The notes under the pieces were generated by a model. That model had not been told where the DNA came from, ran no database searches, and saw only the letters and a list, made by a program, of their open reading frames with translations. From the IMG/VR virus record IMGVR_UViG_3300029953_000003: a DNA stretch of 64,000 nt. One strand, written 5' to 3'. This stretch comes from an uncultured virus (IMG/VR IMGVR_UViG_3300029953_000003) (taxonomy: Duplodnaviria; Heunggongvirae; Uroviricota; Caudoviricetes). A program made the position numbers and the translations under genes. Within the stretch, counting starts at the first letter, position 1, and each line of letters opens with the position of its first letter. Below, piece by piece: positions 18,775 to 33,359 of this stretch.

Positions 18775-18792
18775 TCAAGATTGTTTTCTTGA
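18775..18792. promoter_or_regulatory. operator TCAAGA TTGTTT TCTTGA with TTGACG-17-TAGCTT promoter (minus strand)
   Basis: ~35 bp nearly identical to 19353-19388. Confidence 0.75.
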
Positions 18793-18819
18793 AACTGCTA
18801 CGCAGCACATCTGCAAGCG

Positions 18820-19293
18820 TCACGGCTTCGCCGCGAGCGCCTGCGCGATTTGCTCCGCAGTGTGAGGGGTGCCAGCGGCGTTCAGGCGGGCGTAGTAGCG
18901 AACGCGCTCGGCCCAAGGCATGTTGATGTAGCGCACCCGCACGTCGATGCGGCCGAGCCCGCCCGTGACGGCGGAGCGCATGAGGAGCGCACCGCCATCG
19001 AGCCGCGCCCCGATGCGCCCGTCGAGCCACGCGAGGATCGCTTCGCAGCGCTGCTTGCCGTCCACGACCTCAGACACCCCAGAGTCAGGCACGCGCTGGA
19101 CGATGATGGGGAGCACTTCGCCGCCCTGGAGAAGGTGGCCCATGAAGTTCTCGCGCTGCGTCACGGTCCACACCGAACCGCGCTGGTACGATGGCGAGAG
19201 GTCCACGTCGGCAACCGTGTCCGCGAAGTGGCGGAGGAAGACACAGACCTCGGAAACGTGGGCGATCGGCTTGTAGATGTCGGCGAGGTTCAT
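18820..19293 (-). CDS. stand-alone DUF262 (GmrSD N-terminal/ParB-like) protein
   Basis: PSYQRGSVW, VVDGKQR and ARLN motifs. Confidence 0.8.
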   Translation of the reverse strand: MNLADIYKPIAHVSEVCVFLRHFADTVADVDLSPSYQRGSVWTVTQRENFMGHLLQGGEVLPIIVQRVPDSGVSEVVDGKQRCEAILAWLDGRIGARLDGGALLMRSAVTGGLGRIDVRVRYINMPWAERVRYYARLNAAGTPHTAEQIAQALAAKP

Positions 19294-19361
19294 GCTCTGC
19301 TCTTTTTCTGTGCGTTCTCCGTGGCCCACGACCGATAAGCTAAACTCGCGGACGCGATTCG

Positions 19362-19379
19362 TCAAGATTGTTTTCTTGA
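19362..19379. promoter_or_regulatory. operator TCAAGA TTGTTT TCTTGA with TTGACG-17-TAGCTT promoter (minus strand)
   Basis: repeat of the motif. Confidence 0.75.
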
Positions 19380-19662
19380 AAATGCTACAGCGCGCTTTGC
19401 GCCTCAGGATCGTGGGCCGCGTGCTAGCGCGACAATTACAGATAGCGCGACAAGACGAACCTCTCAGGATGCGTCTTGAGAGCGCTCACCTCTGCGCCCA
19501 TCGCGACAAGTCCGACATCCACATCGTCCCACGTCAATCCGGTCGCGACCACCAGCTCGCCCGCCGTCCACGTCCGGTTGCTCGCGAGCGCGTTGCGCAC
19601 CTTCGCCTCAGCATCCGGATCGGGCTGCACCGGCGGGCGCACGAACACACGAGACACGTCCG

Positions 19663-20310
19663 TCATCGCACACCCCGTCGCGCGCGAGCCGAGTCTGCGA
19701 CGGCCGGCGTCAGCGGCGCACCACCGGGCCGATGGCCTCGTAGCCTGGAGCCAGCGATCGACATCGGGTCATCCGAGCCTTGCCACAGGTATGTCGCGGT
19801 GTTCGCACGAAGGGCGCGGATCCAGTCGATCCACCACCCCTCAACCGTGCCTGGTCGAACGCTGTCGAGATCGTCGAAAAAGCTGCGAACGATGATTGAT
19901 GCGGGGTGTGAATCCGCATACACTACCGCGGCTCTGGTCCAGATCGTCGCGTGGCTTGAGTGTTGCTTCAGCGAAGCGACAACGGCGTCGCGTGCGTTGT
20001 CGTAGCGTGGCGCGTGACTGTCGAAGCCGTCGACGTCTCGCGTCGACTGGCCTGGCCAGTACCACTGCCCCGTGTGCGCGCGCGCAGGAAGCCCGCGCAC
20101 GAGCTCGAAGTCGATGCCACCGATGGAGTCGGATTCGCGCTGGCGGTAGAACGTGAGGCTTGGCCACTTGAAGCTCTTGCCGAGAAGGCACGCGAGGAGG
20201 AAGTCCAGCGGGTCACGCACGGGGACGTACGTCGTGCTGTCCAACTGACCCCTGATCACGACGCGCTTTGGGAGGCTATTCAAAATCTTATGTGCCACGA
20301 ACCGCTCCAT
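19663..20310 (-). CDS. hypothetical protein
   Basis: long ORF, coupled to 19436-19666. Confidence 0.55.
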   Translation of the reverse strand: MERFVAHKILNSLPKRVVIRGQLDSTTYVPVRDPLDFLLACLLGKSFKWPSLTFYRQRESDSIGGIDFELVRGLPARAHTGQWYWPGQSTRDVDGFDSHAPRYDNARDAVVASLKQHSSHATIWTRAAVVYADSHPASIIVRSFFDDLDSVRPGTVEGWWIDWIRALRANTATYLWQGSDDPMSIAGSRLRGHRPGGAPLTPAVADSARARRGVR

Positions 20311-21117
20311 TTCATGCCTGCTAGGCCATGATCGCTACCGTAACACAGAACACAGAGCTGTTACTGTCCACACGCCGGACAGATCACAGGCTCACGATCG
20401 CGGCCCTGCGGGTCGCCTCGTTGTTCGTCGGGGCCCACGTGAGCGGGCGCCCGTCCTCGGCGGCGTGGGTCACGAGGGCGACCTCGACGGGGATGTCGCC
20501 GAAGCGCGGACCGGCGCCGGCGCTGACGCGGTAGCGCGCGCCGTTGACATGGGTGAGCCCCGCGGCGTCCCGGAGGGAGGCCACGGGGGCGGCGGCGTCG
20601 ATAGTCTTGGGGCGGCTCACCCGTCCATCCCGTTGACCGCCTCGTCCTCGGCGATGGCGGCGGCGTCCTCGTTGTTCATGGTCTGGGATCTCCTGTCGGC
20701 GAAGCCCCCAGGGCCGGGCGGCCGAGGGGTCGGGATGGGAGCGGCGGGCGGCGTCAGCGAGGTATGAACACCAGATCCCTCGACGGGACGTGGGGCTCCA
20801 CGACGACGCGCTTGCCGGTGCCGTTGCAGTGGATGCACGGCTGCCACCCGTGGCCCCACCCGACGAAGATGTGCCCGACGACGTGGTTGACGGCGCCATT
20901 GCTCTGCTTGCAGTCGGGGCACTCCACGGCGTTGACGGAGCCCCCGGGGATGGGGACGAACAGCGAACAAGAGGGGACGTGCTCGCGCGATGCCCAGCCG
21001 TTGCAGTGGGGATAGCCTACGCACTTGGGGTCGGTCGTGTTCATGTTCATGGTGGGCTGCTTTCTCCCGGGTTCGTCGCCCCGGTGAGAAACATCATGAG
21101 ACCTGAATCGCACGCCG

Positions 21118-21135
21118 TCAAGATTTGTTTCTTGA
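21118..21135. promoter_or_regulatory. operator TCAAGA TTTGTT TCTTGA with TTGACG-17-CATGAT promoter (minus strand)
   Basis: repeat of the motif. Confidence 0.7.
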
Positions 21136-21180
21136 TTTCTTGGAGTGTCCTAGGACAGCCGCACGCCGTACTCGTTCCCC

Positions 21181-21247
21181 GCGAACATCGTGAGCCGCGG
21201 GGTCCAGGGCCCAGGCCCTGGCGGGGGTGTCGGGGGCGGAGCCCCTG
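21181..21247 (+). repeat. palindromic element copy 7 (6 bp from the dnaE stop)
   Basis: GCGAACATCGTGAGCCGCGGGGTCCAGGGCCCAGGCCCTGGCGGGGGTGTCGGGGGCGGAGCCCCTG. Confidence 0.95.
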
Positions 21248-21253
21248 ACGCTT

Positions 21254-24523
<3,270 letters not shown>

Positions 24524-24555
24524 GGCGAAGGCTCCTGTAGAAGTCCAGAGAGCGT

Positions 24556-24624
24556 CAGGGGCTTCGCCCCCGACACCCCCACCAGGGCCAAAGGGCCCTG
24601 GACCCTACGGCTCACGATGTTCGC
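24556..24624 (-). repeat. palindromic element copy 12, upstream of dnaE
   Basis: reverse complement of the consensus. Confidence 0.9.
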
Positions 24625-24746
24625 AAAGGAGAGGGCCGCCGTCTTATGGGTCTTTTGCACTTTTCACGTGCGATGGGGCGCCTTCGAAGTGTCTGTGTCA
24701 TCCATGCGATCGCGATCAGTCTCCACGCTTGCCGCCTTTTTGTGCG

Positions 24747-25658
24747 TTACTGGCCTTCGATGATTGCATCGAGCGAATAGATGGCTGCTCTATTCGCGTA
24801 AGAAATCTCGACAACGCTGCCAGACGTTGTCTTCTGGTCGAAGTCCATATCTTTGTCCATGACCCTTCTCGCCTGTGCGAGCCATTCCTCCCTGTTGCTG
24901 GCCATGCTCCGCCCATAGGCGGAAAAAAAGAGCCGGCGCCCTTCGCACAGTACAGTCTCGAGCTCGTCAATCGTGAGAAAAACAGCGTTGTCGCGCTCTT
25001 CCACATGGTTGTCGACGACGCCGATCGTAACTCCTCCCAAGCTCCCCTGGACAACCAGGTGGTCTACGCTGTCGTAGCGCGGCCAGATCGTGACCTGCTC
25101 GCGGTCGAATCGCTGGAACGTCTCGATGGTTCCGCGCTTCCCTTCGCCGTCGAGAGGTGGATCGCGCACGATTGCGGGCTCCCGCATGCGGGCAACGTTG
25201 GCCTCGAGCGCCAGGACACGTGCCTGGGCCTTTTCCAGGCTAGCTTGATCTCTCGCGATGGCGCCGAACAGCCGGTCGAGCGCCGCCTGCGTCGGACGAC
25301 ACGGGGTGACCGGATAGTCGACTCCCCTAGACTCAGCGACGGCGAGCTCTTCGCAGAGGAGGCAGACGTCATCCAGGCCAGCGCCTTGCGCCCATCGGTG
25401 GCGGATCGCGGTAGTCCCGTTCCGTTTTGCCATCTTGGCATCTTCAATCTCGACCACTCTACGTGCGGCGATCTGACGTCCGTCCGGCGCGATCTCGAAC
25501 GTGATGTGGCGACGGCCCCTGCGCCTCTCGATCCCGTATCCATTCCGAAGGATTGCATTGACCGTAGGAACGGGACCCGTAGCAACTCCGCGCGGATTCT
25601 CGTAAGCCTTTGCCAGGAGATCGGCCTGTGCGCTCGACAGCTTCTCTGATCTCGTCAT
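24747..25658 (-). CDS. hypothetical protein (wHTH-like N-terminus)
   Basis: MTRSEKLSSAQADLL.. start; long ORF. Confidence 0.55.
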   Translation of the reverse strand: MTRSEKLSSAQADLLAKAYENPRGVATGPVPTVNAILRNGYGIERRRGRRHITFEIAPDGRQIAARRVVEIEDAKMAKRNGTTAIRHRWAQGAGLDDVCLLCEELAVAESRGVDYPVTPCRPTQAALDRLFGAIARDQASLEKAQARVLALEANVARMREPAIVRDPPLDGEGKRGTIETFQRFDREQVTIWPRYDSVDHLVVQGSLGGVTIGVVDNHVEERDNAVFLTIDELETVLCEGRRLFFSAYGRSMASNREEWLAQARRVMDKDMDFDQKTTSGSVVEISYANRAAIYSLDAIIEGQ

Positions 25659-26105
25659 TGAACGACTCAAAAATCCTTGAAGGCGCCCATCGCAGCAGAG
25701 AAGCGAGTGGCCATCAGGCGCTCCTCGCGGGTCGCTTCGTCGTGTTCGCTTGCGGCGTGGAGCGCCCAGGCGGCCAGGGACTTCATCAGCCGCTCGGCCC
25801 CGTAGCGTCGCACGGCTTCCCGAAGACCTACCTTGCGCGGCGCGCCGTGCAGCCACGCCTTCGACCATCCCTCTCGGTCCCCCCTGCGCTCGACGTAGTC
25901 GTAGGTACCGTCCTTCTCCTGCGTCCTGTGCTTCGGGAGCTCGCGCGCCTCTGCGGCGAGCATCGGCTGCGCCACCCGAAGCGCCTCACGGAGGAGGTTT
26001 GCGCCGGCGCGCCTGGAGAGGCGAAGCGCGTGTCCGTGGCGAGCACGGGCCGAAGAGAGCGACCTCATTGAGGAGGAGATCATGTCGAGCATGGGAGCCA
26101 ACTTT

Positions 26106-26573
26106 CTACGCCTTGCGGCGCGTTCTGACGCCGCGGAGCAAGCCCTGTTCCACAGCTCCGCCGAACACGTCCACGAACGCCTCCGCCGAGTCGACGAGGA
26201 TGCCGCCTTCGGCCGGCCCGTCGTTGAGGGTGGCCCGCACGGGCGGCCAGTCCCGACGCACGAGGCGCCACGCGGTCGCCATCGTCGCCTTGTTGACCCA
26301 CCGATCGCTGGCGAGGTTGACCCGTTCGCCGTCCACGTCGGCGACCGTGCGCTGGATGGTCGGATCGTCGATGCGCGCCCAGACGTCGCCCTCTTGCACG
26401 TCGACCTCGATCGTCTCCAGCTCGGCGACCCGAACAAGCGCGGCGACGAGCGCGCTATGGTGGCGGTCCGCATAGCCGGCGGGCCAGTCCACCCCGTGTC
26501 GCCTCGCGGCAACCATCTGGCCGTCGTCGATGTCGTACGCGTACTTCCCGTCGGCAAGGCTAACCGTCTTCAT
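26106..26573 (-). CDS. hypothetical protein
   Basis: MKTVSLADGKY start after a purine-rich RBS. Confidence 0.55.
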   Translation of the reverse strand: MKTVSLADGKYAYDIDDGQMVAARRHGVDWPAGYADRHHSALVAALVRVAELETIEVDVQEGDVWARIDDPTIQRTVADVDGERVNLASDRWVNKATMATAWRLVRRDWPPVRATLNDGPAEGGILVDSAEAFVDVFGGAVEQGLLRGVRTRRKA

Positions 26574-26729
26574 CGCTTCTCTGCCTCCTCGCACGCGCCG
26601 AAAGCCGGCGCCGCGGTTGCAGCGTCGGCCATGTAGGCGTCAGCCGGGGAGGGGGTGAGCTCGGGTCCTGTCGCTAGGCCCGAGCCTGGGCCGCGGCCTC
26701 TCTACCCGCCGCGGCTTGGTCTTGGGCCG

Positions 26730-27242
26730 CTACGCGGTCGCGCGCGGCGTCCCGCTGGCGACCGGAGCGCTCGGGGCGCCTTGCTCCCCGGCGGCGCCTT
26801 GCGCTGGGCGCGCGGGCGTGGGCGCCGGGCGCGCCGGACGCGTCGGGGCGCTCGGCTGGACGCAGCGGATCTCACCGTAGTCGTAGCGCTGGCGGCCCCC
26901 GCCGATCTCGACCAGCCCTCCGCGCATGGTCGCGCGCAACTTGCTCCCGAGCTTGCGGCTCCACACCATCGCGCTCGGCGTGTCGAGCTGGTAGGCGAAC
27001 ACGCCCGCGATCGACGTACCCGCCTGGATGACCTCGCTCCTCGCGGCCGATCGTGAGGCCCGCCAGGATCGAACCCATCCTCGTTTGCGAGCGGCGTCTC
27101 TCAGCGTCGCCTCCGCGGAGGCGGCTCGACCGAGCCCGCGCCTGTCCAGCTCCCGGCGGATGTCGGCCGGCCTGACGTCGCGATCGCCCCCACCGTACCG
27201 AACGGCAGCGGTAAGCAGAACAGAGTACAAGATCGCGTCCAT
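26730..27242 (-). CDS. hypothetical basic protein
   Basis: lies behind the operator/promoter at 27318. Confidence 0.55.
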   Translation of the reverse strand: MDAILYSVLLTAAVRYGGGDRDVRPADIRRELDRRGLGRAASAEATLRDAARKRGWVRSWRASRSAARSEVIQAGTSIAGVFAYQLDTPSAMVWSRKLGSKLRATMRGGLVEIGGGRQRYDYGEIRCVQPSAPTRPARPAPTPARPAQGAAGEQGAPSAPVASGTPRATA

Positions 27243-27317
27243 GGCCTTCTTTCGCGAGTGGCCAGCCTTTGGCCGCGCGCAGTTGACGTTGGGAGGGTAC
27301 GTCTTGGATTCGCGCTG

Positions 27318-27335
27318 TCAAGATAGCTTTCTTGT
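27318..27335. promoter_or_regulatory. operator TCAAGA TAGCTT TCTTGT overlapping a TTGACA -35 (minus strand)
   Basis: repeat of the motif. Confidence 0.65.
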
Positions 27336-27798
27336 CAACGCCGCGTCGGCGGTCCGGCGTAGATCCCGGACGTCAACAGGCCCGCGATCAGAAGAGCGTT
27401 GCGCGCGGCGTTCGCTGCGGGGCGCGCTTGCGGAAGATCGGCCTCCGGATCGGCTTCTGGAAGCTTGAAAGGTTGAGGCGCAGGGCGACCGGGGAGCACG
27501 ATCGGCCACTGCTCGGTGACGTAACGAGCGCTGCCGCGCTGCGCCACTCGTTGCAGCACGTTGTGGTCGAAGCAGGCGAGCTCGAACATGGGCACGTGGG
27601 CGATGCCGTCGCCGTCTTGGCGCCGAACGAAGATGAAGGGGAAGCCGCTTCGCCTTCTCGTGCCAGGTTCCTCCGCTCGCCACTGCCCGAGCTCGATCGG
27701 CTCTGGCATCGGATCCCGGTGCGGCTTCCCGCGGACAGAGAATCGACAGCACGCCGGCATGCGCGGCGGAAACGGACAAGCGACTCGATCGGAAGAAC

Positions 27799-29118
27799 TC
27801 ATGTTGGTTGCCTCGACTCCCGAAGTGAAGTGCGACTGACGTGCTCGAAATTTCGATGAACGAACGCATCTGCCCACGCGATCGCACTTTCTCGATTCAT
27901 TGGAAGGGTCGTGAGCACATCATACGGCCCCAAACGATACGAGACAGCTCCTTCTCCGATCGTTCTGTCAAGCCTATCGAGAGCAGAGCTCGACATGGCA
28001 GCCGCGATGCGCTTGGCCATGAAAGCAGAAAGAAAAGACAGGAAACCAGCCCGAGCCAAGCTGACCTCAAAGACGAGGCACTCGACGATTTCGACAGGAG
28101 AAATAGCCATTCCGAATCCAATCTCACGCTCTCGTGGAGACAAGCCGCCAAGGAAGCTCCACGCCCCGTTGCTGCTCGCGCCAAACGACTCTTTTGCTCT
28201 GTAGTCGTCGACACTCCACACTTGCGCTTTTTCTTTTCCGACGCGGATTTCCCCCATGTGCCGCACCCGAACCCCAGCGGCAGCTCCTGCGAATCCATAG
28301 GCCGCCCTCTGACCGCGCCGGAGAGGCGAGTCCTCGTCGCTGTCTTTCTTCTCGAGCTCGCTCTCCATCGTCGCGCTGGGAAGCCACAGCGCCATTCCGG
28401 ATCGGTTCTCCATCTTGAGCTCCGTGGCTCGTCGCCGGTCGACCTCGCCCATCTCGCGTGAAATGGCCACTGCCGATCCGAGGGCGTACTCCTCTCGTGT
28501 CTCCCACGGCTCCTCTCCCGCTTGTGCTGCCACTCGAAAGGAGAGCCCCGCGTAGAGCAAGCGCGCCGCTGCCACGGCGGTGCGGGTTCCAAGAACGCGC
28601 ATCTCGAGATCCGGCATGGGAACCCGGACGATCGTAGGCTGCGCAGCCTCGATGCTCGCATCGTGGCCGCACGCGAAAGAATCAGCAAAGGGGCCCAGCG
28701 AAGAGAGCGAAGGGTCCAGCTCCAGCTTCTCCTCCATCGAGGCCATCGCGTCTTCTACGTTGACATCGATCTCGACCCAAGGACGGTGGCCGGAGAAGCC
28801 GGAGAACGTGACGGCCGTCGTGGCAAGAAGGCCGCGCCACCACGGCATGCCAGCCCGCGTGACGATCCCGTCGTCCGTTGCCGCACGAGCCCCAGGAGGG
28901 GCGTAGGCGCGGATGCGCGTTTCGGCGAGACGCCACTGGCCCATCGTGTCCTCGATCGCCTGCTCGAGCGTGGCGCGCTCCCCTTCGCTCGAGGTCATCG
29001 TCTCCGCGCGCAAGAGCATCCGAGCAACCTTCTCCACCGCATCGAGCGTCGGTTGGCTCGCGAGGCTGGTCTGGAGAACGAAGGGCCGATCGTTTTTCAT
29101 CTCCGCATTGACTATCAC
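27799..29118 (-). CDS. hypothetical protein (439 aa)
   Basis: long ORF with natural composition; no motif recognised. Confidence 0.6.
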   Translation of the reverse strand: MIVNAEMKNDRPFVLQTSLASQPTLDAVEKVARMLLRAETMTSSEGERATLEQAIEDTMGQWRLAETRIRAYAPPGARAATDDGIVTRAGMPWWRGLLATTAVTFSGFSGHRPWVEIDVNVEDAMASMEEKLELDPSLSSLGPFADSFACGHDASIEAAQPTIVRVPMPDLEMRVLGTRTAVAAARLLYAGLSFRVAAQAGEEPWETREEYALGSAVAISREMGEVDRRRATELKMENRSGMALWLPSATMESELEKKDSDEDSPLRRGQRAAYGFAGAAAGVRVRHMGEIRVGKEKAQVWSVDDYRAKESFGASSNGAWSFLGGLSPREREIGFGMAISPVEIVECLVFEVSLARAGFLSFLSAFMAKRIAAAMSSSALDRLDRTIGEGAVSYRLGPYDVLTTLPMNRESAIAWADAFVHRNFEHVSRTSLRESRQPT

Positions 29119-29140
29119 GATAAAGTGTCGCGGACAAAGC

Positions 29141-29308
29141 GAGAAAAGAAAAAGGCCCGACGCTCACGCGCAGGGCCTATCCGGGGGATCTTCGCGGGTC
29201 GCTCACCCCCTTGCGCCGCTCTACTCGAGAGCCTGTCCACCAAACCACGAGGGCGAACCTTCCGTGATTGAAGCAGCGAAGGTATCGGTAAGACGCCTCG
29301 TAGCGCTG
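29141..29308 (-). ncRNA. candidate structured small RNA or attenuator leader
   Basis: TTGACG-18-TAGAAT promoter, several hairpins, AGGCCC..GGGCCT terminator with T-tract. Confidence 0.4.
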
Positions 29309-29732
29309 ACGCTGATTCTATGGCTACAATGGCTCCCACGTCAACACTCGACCAGATACCGCTGCACTTTCTTCCCACGCGGCCCGATGCTCTGCGCACG
29401 AGCACAGCGATAGGCCAGTGGCTACATGCGTCGCCCTGCGCTGGCACCGAAGGGCAGGATTTGGGCTATTGATGCCGAAGTCGCACGGCAGACGACGAAC
29501 GATTCCGAGAAGCTCGGGCAGGTTCGGCGAAACAGCGCTCACCGAAGGACCTTCACGATCTCTCCTGCGGGCGATTCGCCAGAATCAACAAGCGCACCGT
29601 AGAGGCTCTCGCACATTACGATACCTCTTTTCTTCCACTTGGCAGCGTCTCTGCCGCAGTAGTTCATGCGCGGGACGCTGTCCTTCTGGTAGTGCGTCGC
29701 CGGCTTGTCGCAGTCTTCGCAGATAGGGCGAC

Positions 29733-30149
29733 TCACGTCTTTTGCCTTGTGCTTTGCCTGACGCCCATCGCCACCAGCATCGCGTCGAGGTGATCGAGGC
29801 AAACCGCGATATTTTCCGCCACGTCCGTAGACGGATTCCGGATTGGCTCTTCGAGAATGCGACGTCGAAAATCCTCCGTGTCGAACACGGGCTCGAATCG
29901 AATGCGCGATGCCGTGTTCCCGGTTTGCACAGCGGGCTCCAGCAAATCGCTCTCGTCGAGAAACAAGAGGCAGTACCCGTCGATCGTCCCCGCGGTCCTG
30001 CGCTTCCGGATCTCGGTCAGCGCGGCCTCCCAGGCCATGTCTCCCAGAAGCGAGTCCACCGAGCAGTGCAAAAGAGCGCGTCGGGCCCCAGCAAGCCGCG
30101 GACCGTCTTGTCCCCATGGATGACCGGAAACCGGAAGCTGATTCGTCAT
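29733..30149 (-). CDS. hypothetical protein
   Basis: ORF in a minus-strand cluster. Confidence 0.45.
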   Translation of the reverse strand: MTNQLPVSGHPWGQDGPRLAGARRALLHCSVDSLLGDMAWEAALTEIRKRRTAGTIDGYCLLFLDESDLLEPAVQTGNTASRIRFEPVFDTEDFRRRILEEPIRNPSTDVAENIAVCLDHLDAMLVAMGVRQSTRQKT

Positions 30150-30503
30150 GATCGGCTGGCCTCGAGCCCATGGCTCATTTTCGGAAGATGGAAGCGCGTA
30201 CCCTCGCGAGGAAGGTGCCGATGGGACTGCGGACGGAGCTCTCGAAAGCGTCTACGGCGCGCTTCCATCGGCGTCCGTGCCGTCACTCGTAGCGTGACGG
30301 TCACGTTCTCTCTTTTCGCTCGCGCTTGCGGCGATTCCGCAGGCGCCTCGCAGCATCCGCATCGTGCGCCTCGGGAACCGTAAGGGTTGAGGCTAGAGCG
30401 GTACGCGTGCGCGGGACATGCTCATGGCACCGATCTTGAGCGAGAAGCATCAGGCTCAAGCTCACGAGTGGGCTCGAGATGAGCCCGCCGAAGTGACGGT
30501 GGA

Positions 30504-30845
30504 TCATGCGCTTTTTTCGGAGCCCTTCGTCTTCGACTTCGCGTCCTCGATCTCCTTGAGACTCGCTCGGAGCGCGCCCAGGATGACCTGGGCGACCTTC
30601 TCCCCGTGGCTCTCCGGGAAGGTCGAGATGTCGAGCTCGACGGGCCCGCTCGCGAGAGCCTCGTGCGTCAAGCGCTCGAGGTCTGTGCCGATCGCGTGAG
30701 TGAGCCGAGGGAGCAAACGAAGGCCGGCGTTTCGCCGCCCTGCCTCCATGTCGCGGATCATCGTGTCCGAGACGCCCAGCTCCCGAGCGAGCTCGGCGAC
30801 GCTGAGCTTTGCCTTCTTGCGGTCTCTCTTGATGTCGATCGTCAT
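30504..30845 (-). CDS. XRE-family HTH transcriptional regulator
   Basis: RKKAKLSVAELARELGVSDTMIRDMEAGRR. Confidence 0.85.
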   Translation of the reverse strand: MTIDIKRDRKKAKLSVAELARELGVSDTMIRDMEAGRRNAGLRLLPRLTHAIGTDLERLTHEALASGPVELDISTFPESHGEKVAQVILGALRASLKEIEDAKSKTKGSEKSA

Positions 30846-32028
30846 GCCGGCTCAGCGTAGCTCGGTCGAGCCTGGAGCGTCAAGCTCTACGCGCGAAAGG
30901 CGCCCGTCCTGTCCATGCCAGGTAGACCCCCTGAAGGAGCGGCAAGTCTGCCTTGTCGAGGTAGAGAAGGTCGGCCTCCGACGTGCCCAGGCCCGTGTCG
31001 ATCATGACGAACCCGGTGAGCGAAGAGAACGTGGCTCGAGAGACCTTCCGACTTCCGAGCTGAATCTCGTCGAACGCGAGAACCACCCCGTGATCTGACA
31101 AAATGTCCATGTGCGCGATCCATGCGCGAATCTCGCTCCCCTGCATGGGGCCTGAACCATGAAGAATAAACGTCGTCACCTTGTCAACTCCATTCTTCGT
31201 TCGTTAGGCGCACCATGTTGGCCAACAATGCGCGCGCAGCTTCGATGTCGGCCATGGTGAACGCAACAGATGGCGCGGAGCTGTGGGCGAACCACTGCTC
31301 GCACGGAATCACGATGGCAGCGTCGAGCGTTCCGGTTGCCTGCTCCGCGGGAGCTGAAAGGGTGTCTCGGTGGTGGTTCATCGGCGCCCGAGAAAGACCC
31401 GTGCGATAAGTCCGAAAACGAGTACCAGAACGAACGGCCAGATCAGGGCACCTGAGGTCACGACACAGATCGTTCCAAGGATAGACATGTGCCGCCTCTC
31501 TTCGGGCTGAGCGCTTGACCAGATGCGAAAGAAGGCGACCGTCAGCACCAGCGACGAGGCGACGGCGCCAAAGTTGTAGACCGGCACCAGGAGCGAGAAG
31601 ATAGTGCCGGAGCAGACGGTCGCGAGCGTCACGGGTCTACCTCTGCGCGCTTCAGATCCTTCAGGTCGTAGGCATCCACGCCGGCCTTCTTCGCCGTACG
31701 GAGAGTGATGCCAGAGGCCGCAGCAATCCGGCGGACGGTGGTCGCGGCACATCCGGACCGGACCGCTTCGGCCAAGGCGACGGAGAATCCAGCGATCCAT
31801 GCTTCGGCAGGCGACCGTACCTTCTTCGCATTTCGTCGAGGCTTCGCCTTCCGAAGGTTCAGCTTGAAGAGGACGCAGTCCTCAAGCCTGTAGTCGTGTG
31901 TGCACGACGCGTCGTACCCGCCAGCCACGCTTGCGGCGGCGACAGCTCCGCGTACGAAGTCACTCGTGACGCTGGCGGCGTTTGTCTCTTTGCTTTTCTT
32001 CATGCGAACATTTCCTTCTGTGATCTGA

Positions 32029-32618
32029 CTAGTCATCCCACGGGTAGGAAACCAGCTCGAGCAGGTCACTGCGCTCGATTCGATCTCCGACGCGTCTCGC
32101 GATCTCGGACGCGATCACGGCGTCGACGCAGTCGCGCATCGCTTCGGCGCCGGCGTTCTCAACGAGGTAGAATCTGCGATCGGAATGTCCCGCTGGCAGG
32201 TGCACGATGGGGCATTTTGCAAACTCATGGAATTGAGTCGCGGTGACATCAAGCACCGATCCAAGCGCCTCGAGATCGGCGATCCTGTCTGCCTCGGTCT
32301 CGTCCTCACAAGGCGGAGGGGCGCCAACAACGGCCCAGCAGTGGCCCAGGCAGCGCCCGATCTTCTGCCGGAACCGGCCGCAGACGAACTCCACGTCAAG
32401 GCGCAAACTGCGCACGGCCGCGACAAGGACAACCGAAGCTTCTCCGCACCACCTGCCAAGTTTTTCCGCCTGCGATAGCTCTCCCGCAAAACCCGCGTAC
32501 GTTTCCAGCGCATAGCGCTGCGTCTCTTCGCGTACGATACGCGCGACGCCGAGGAGCCTGTCGCCCGTGGCTTGGCTGGCGTACGTTGCTTGCACCATGA
32601 TCAGGCCACTCTTCATCA
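32029..32618 (-). CDS. hypothetical protein (transglutaminase-like C/H/D pattern possible)
   Basis: WCGEAS..GHCWA..LDVT. Confidence 0.4.
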
Positions 32619-33359
32619 TCGCGCGCGGAATGTCAAGCGACACGCGTCGCGCTCGACGTTTGACACGAAGCCGGGTGTGAAAGTCGCCGGCGAGGAGTAA
32701 GATGCTGCGCATGCCAAGCACAGACCAGATCCTCGTCGGGGCAGCCTTGGGCATCTTCGGGCTGCTCGGAGGAGCGGCTTACGCGACGGCGCGACACGCT
32801 CACACGTGCCCGCGCTGCGCAAGGCGCTGGGTCCACAGCAGCCTCCTGATCCTCTCCAAGGCGCAGGAAGACCGGGCCCACGCGTGCCCAGGCTGCGGCA
32901 CGGACTGGCGCTGGAAGGATGGCCATCTAAGCTGCGCTACCTCCGAGGCCGCGCGAGCCGACGACGCCCAGCGCGTCCGGCGTGGCCAGCCCGCACGGTA
33001 CGTCGTCGCCCCTCACGTTCACGCGATCTGATCAGATCTTTTTCGCTGCCGCTTCGCGCGCGATGCGGCGGACGGCTGCCTCGGTCACCTGCTTGGTGCC
33101 GTGGCACTCCATGCACCTGCCTGCGCCGGGCGCTCTCACCAGGCAGAATGGGCAGGCCACGATCGCGCAGTGGAGCGCGCAGTCCTCGCGGGCCTTGCCG
33201 CTCCGGCAGTGGCCGCACTCCTCCGGCGCGCACACGCCATAGTCGAACACCGCGGGCTCCGTGGTTGCCTTTGCGAGATACGCCGTCGCCGGCGCCCCAT
33301 CGTCATCCATCCGCGCATGCTCGAGCTCCACGTCGCTACCTTTCTTCATGTTCGATCCA

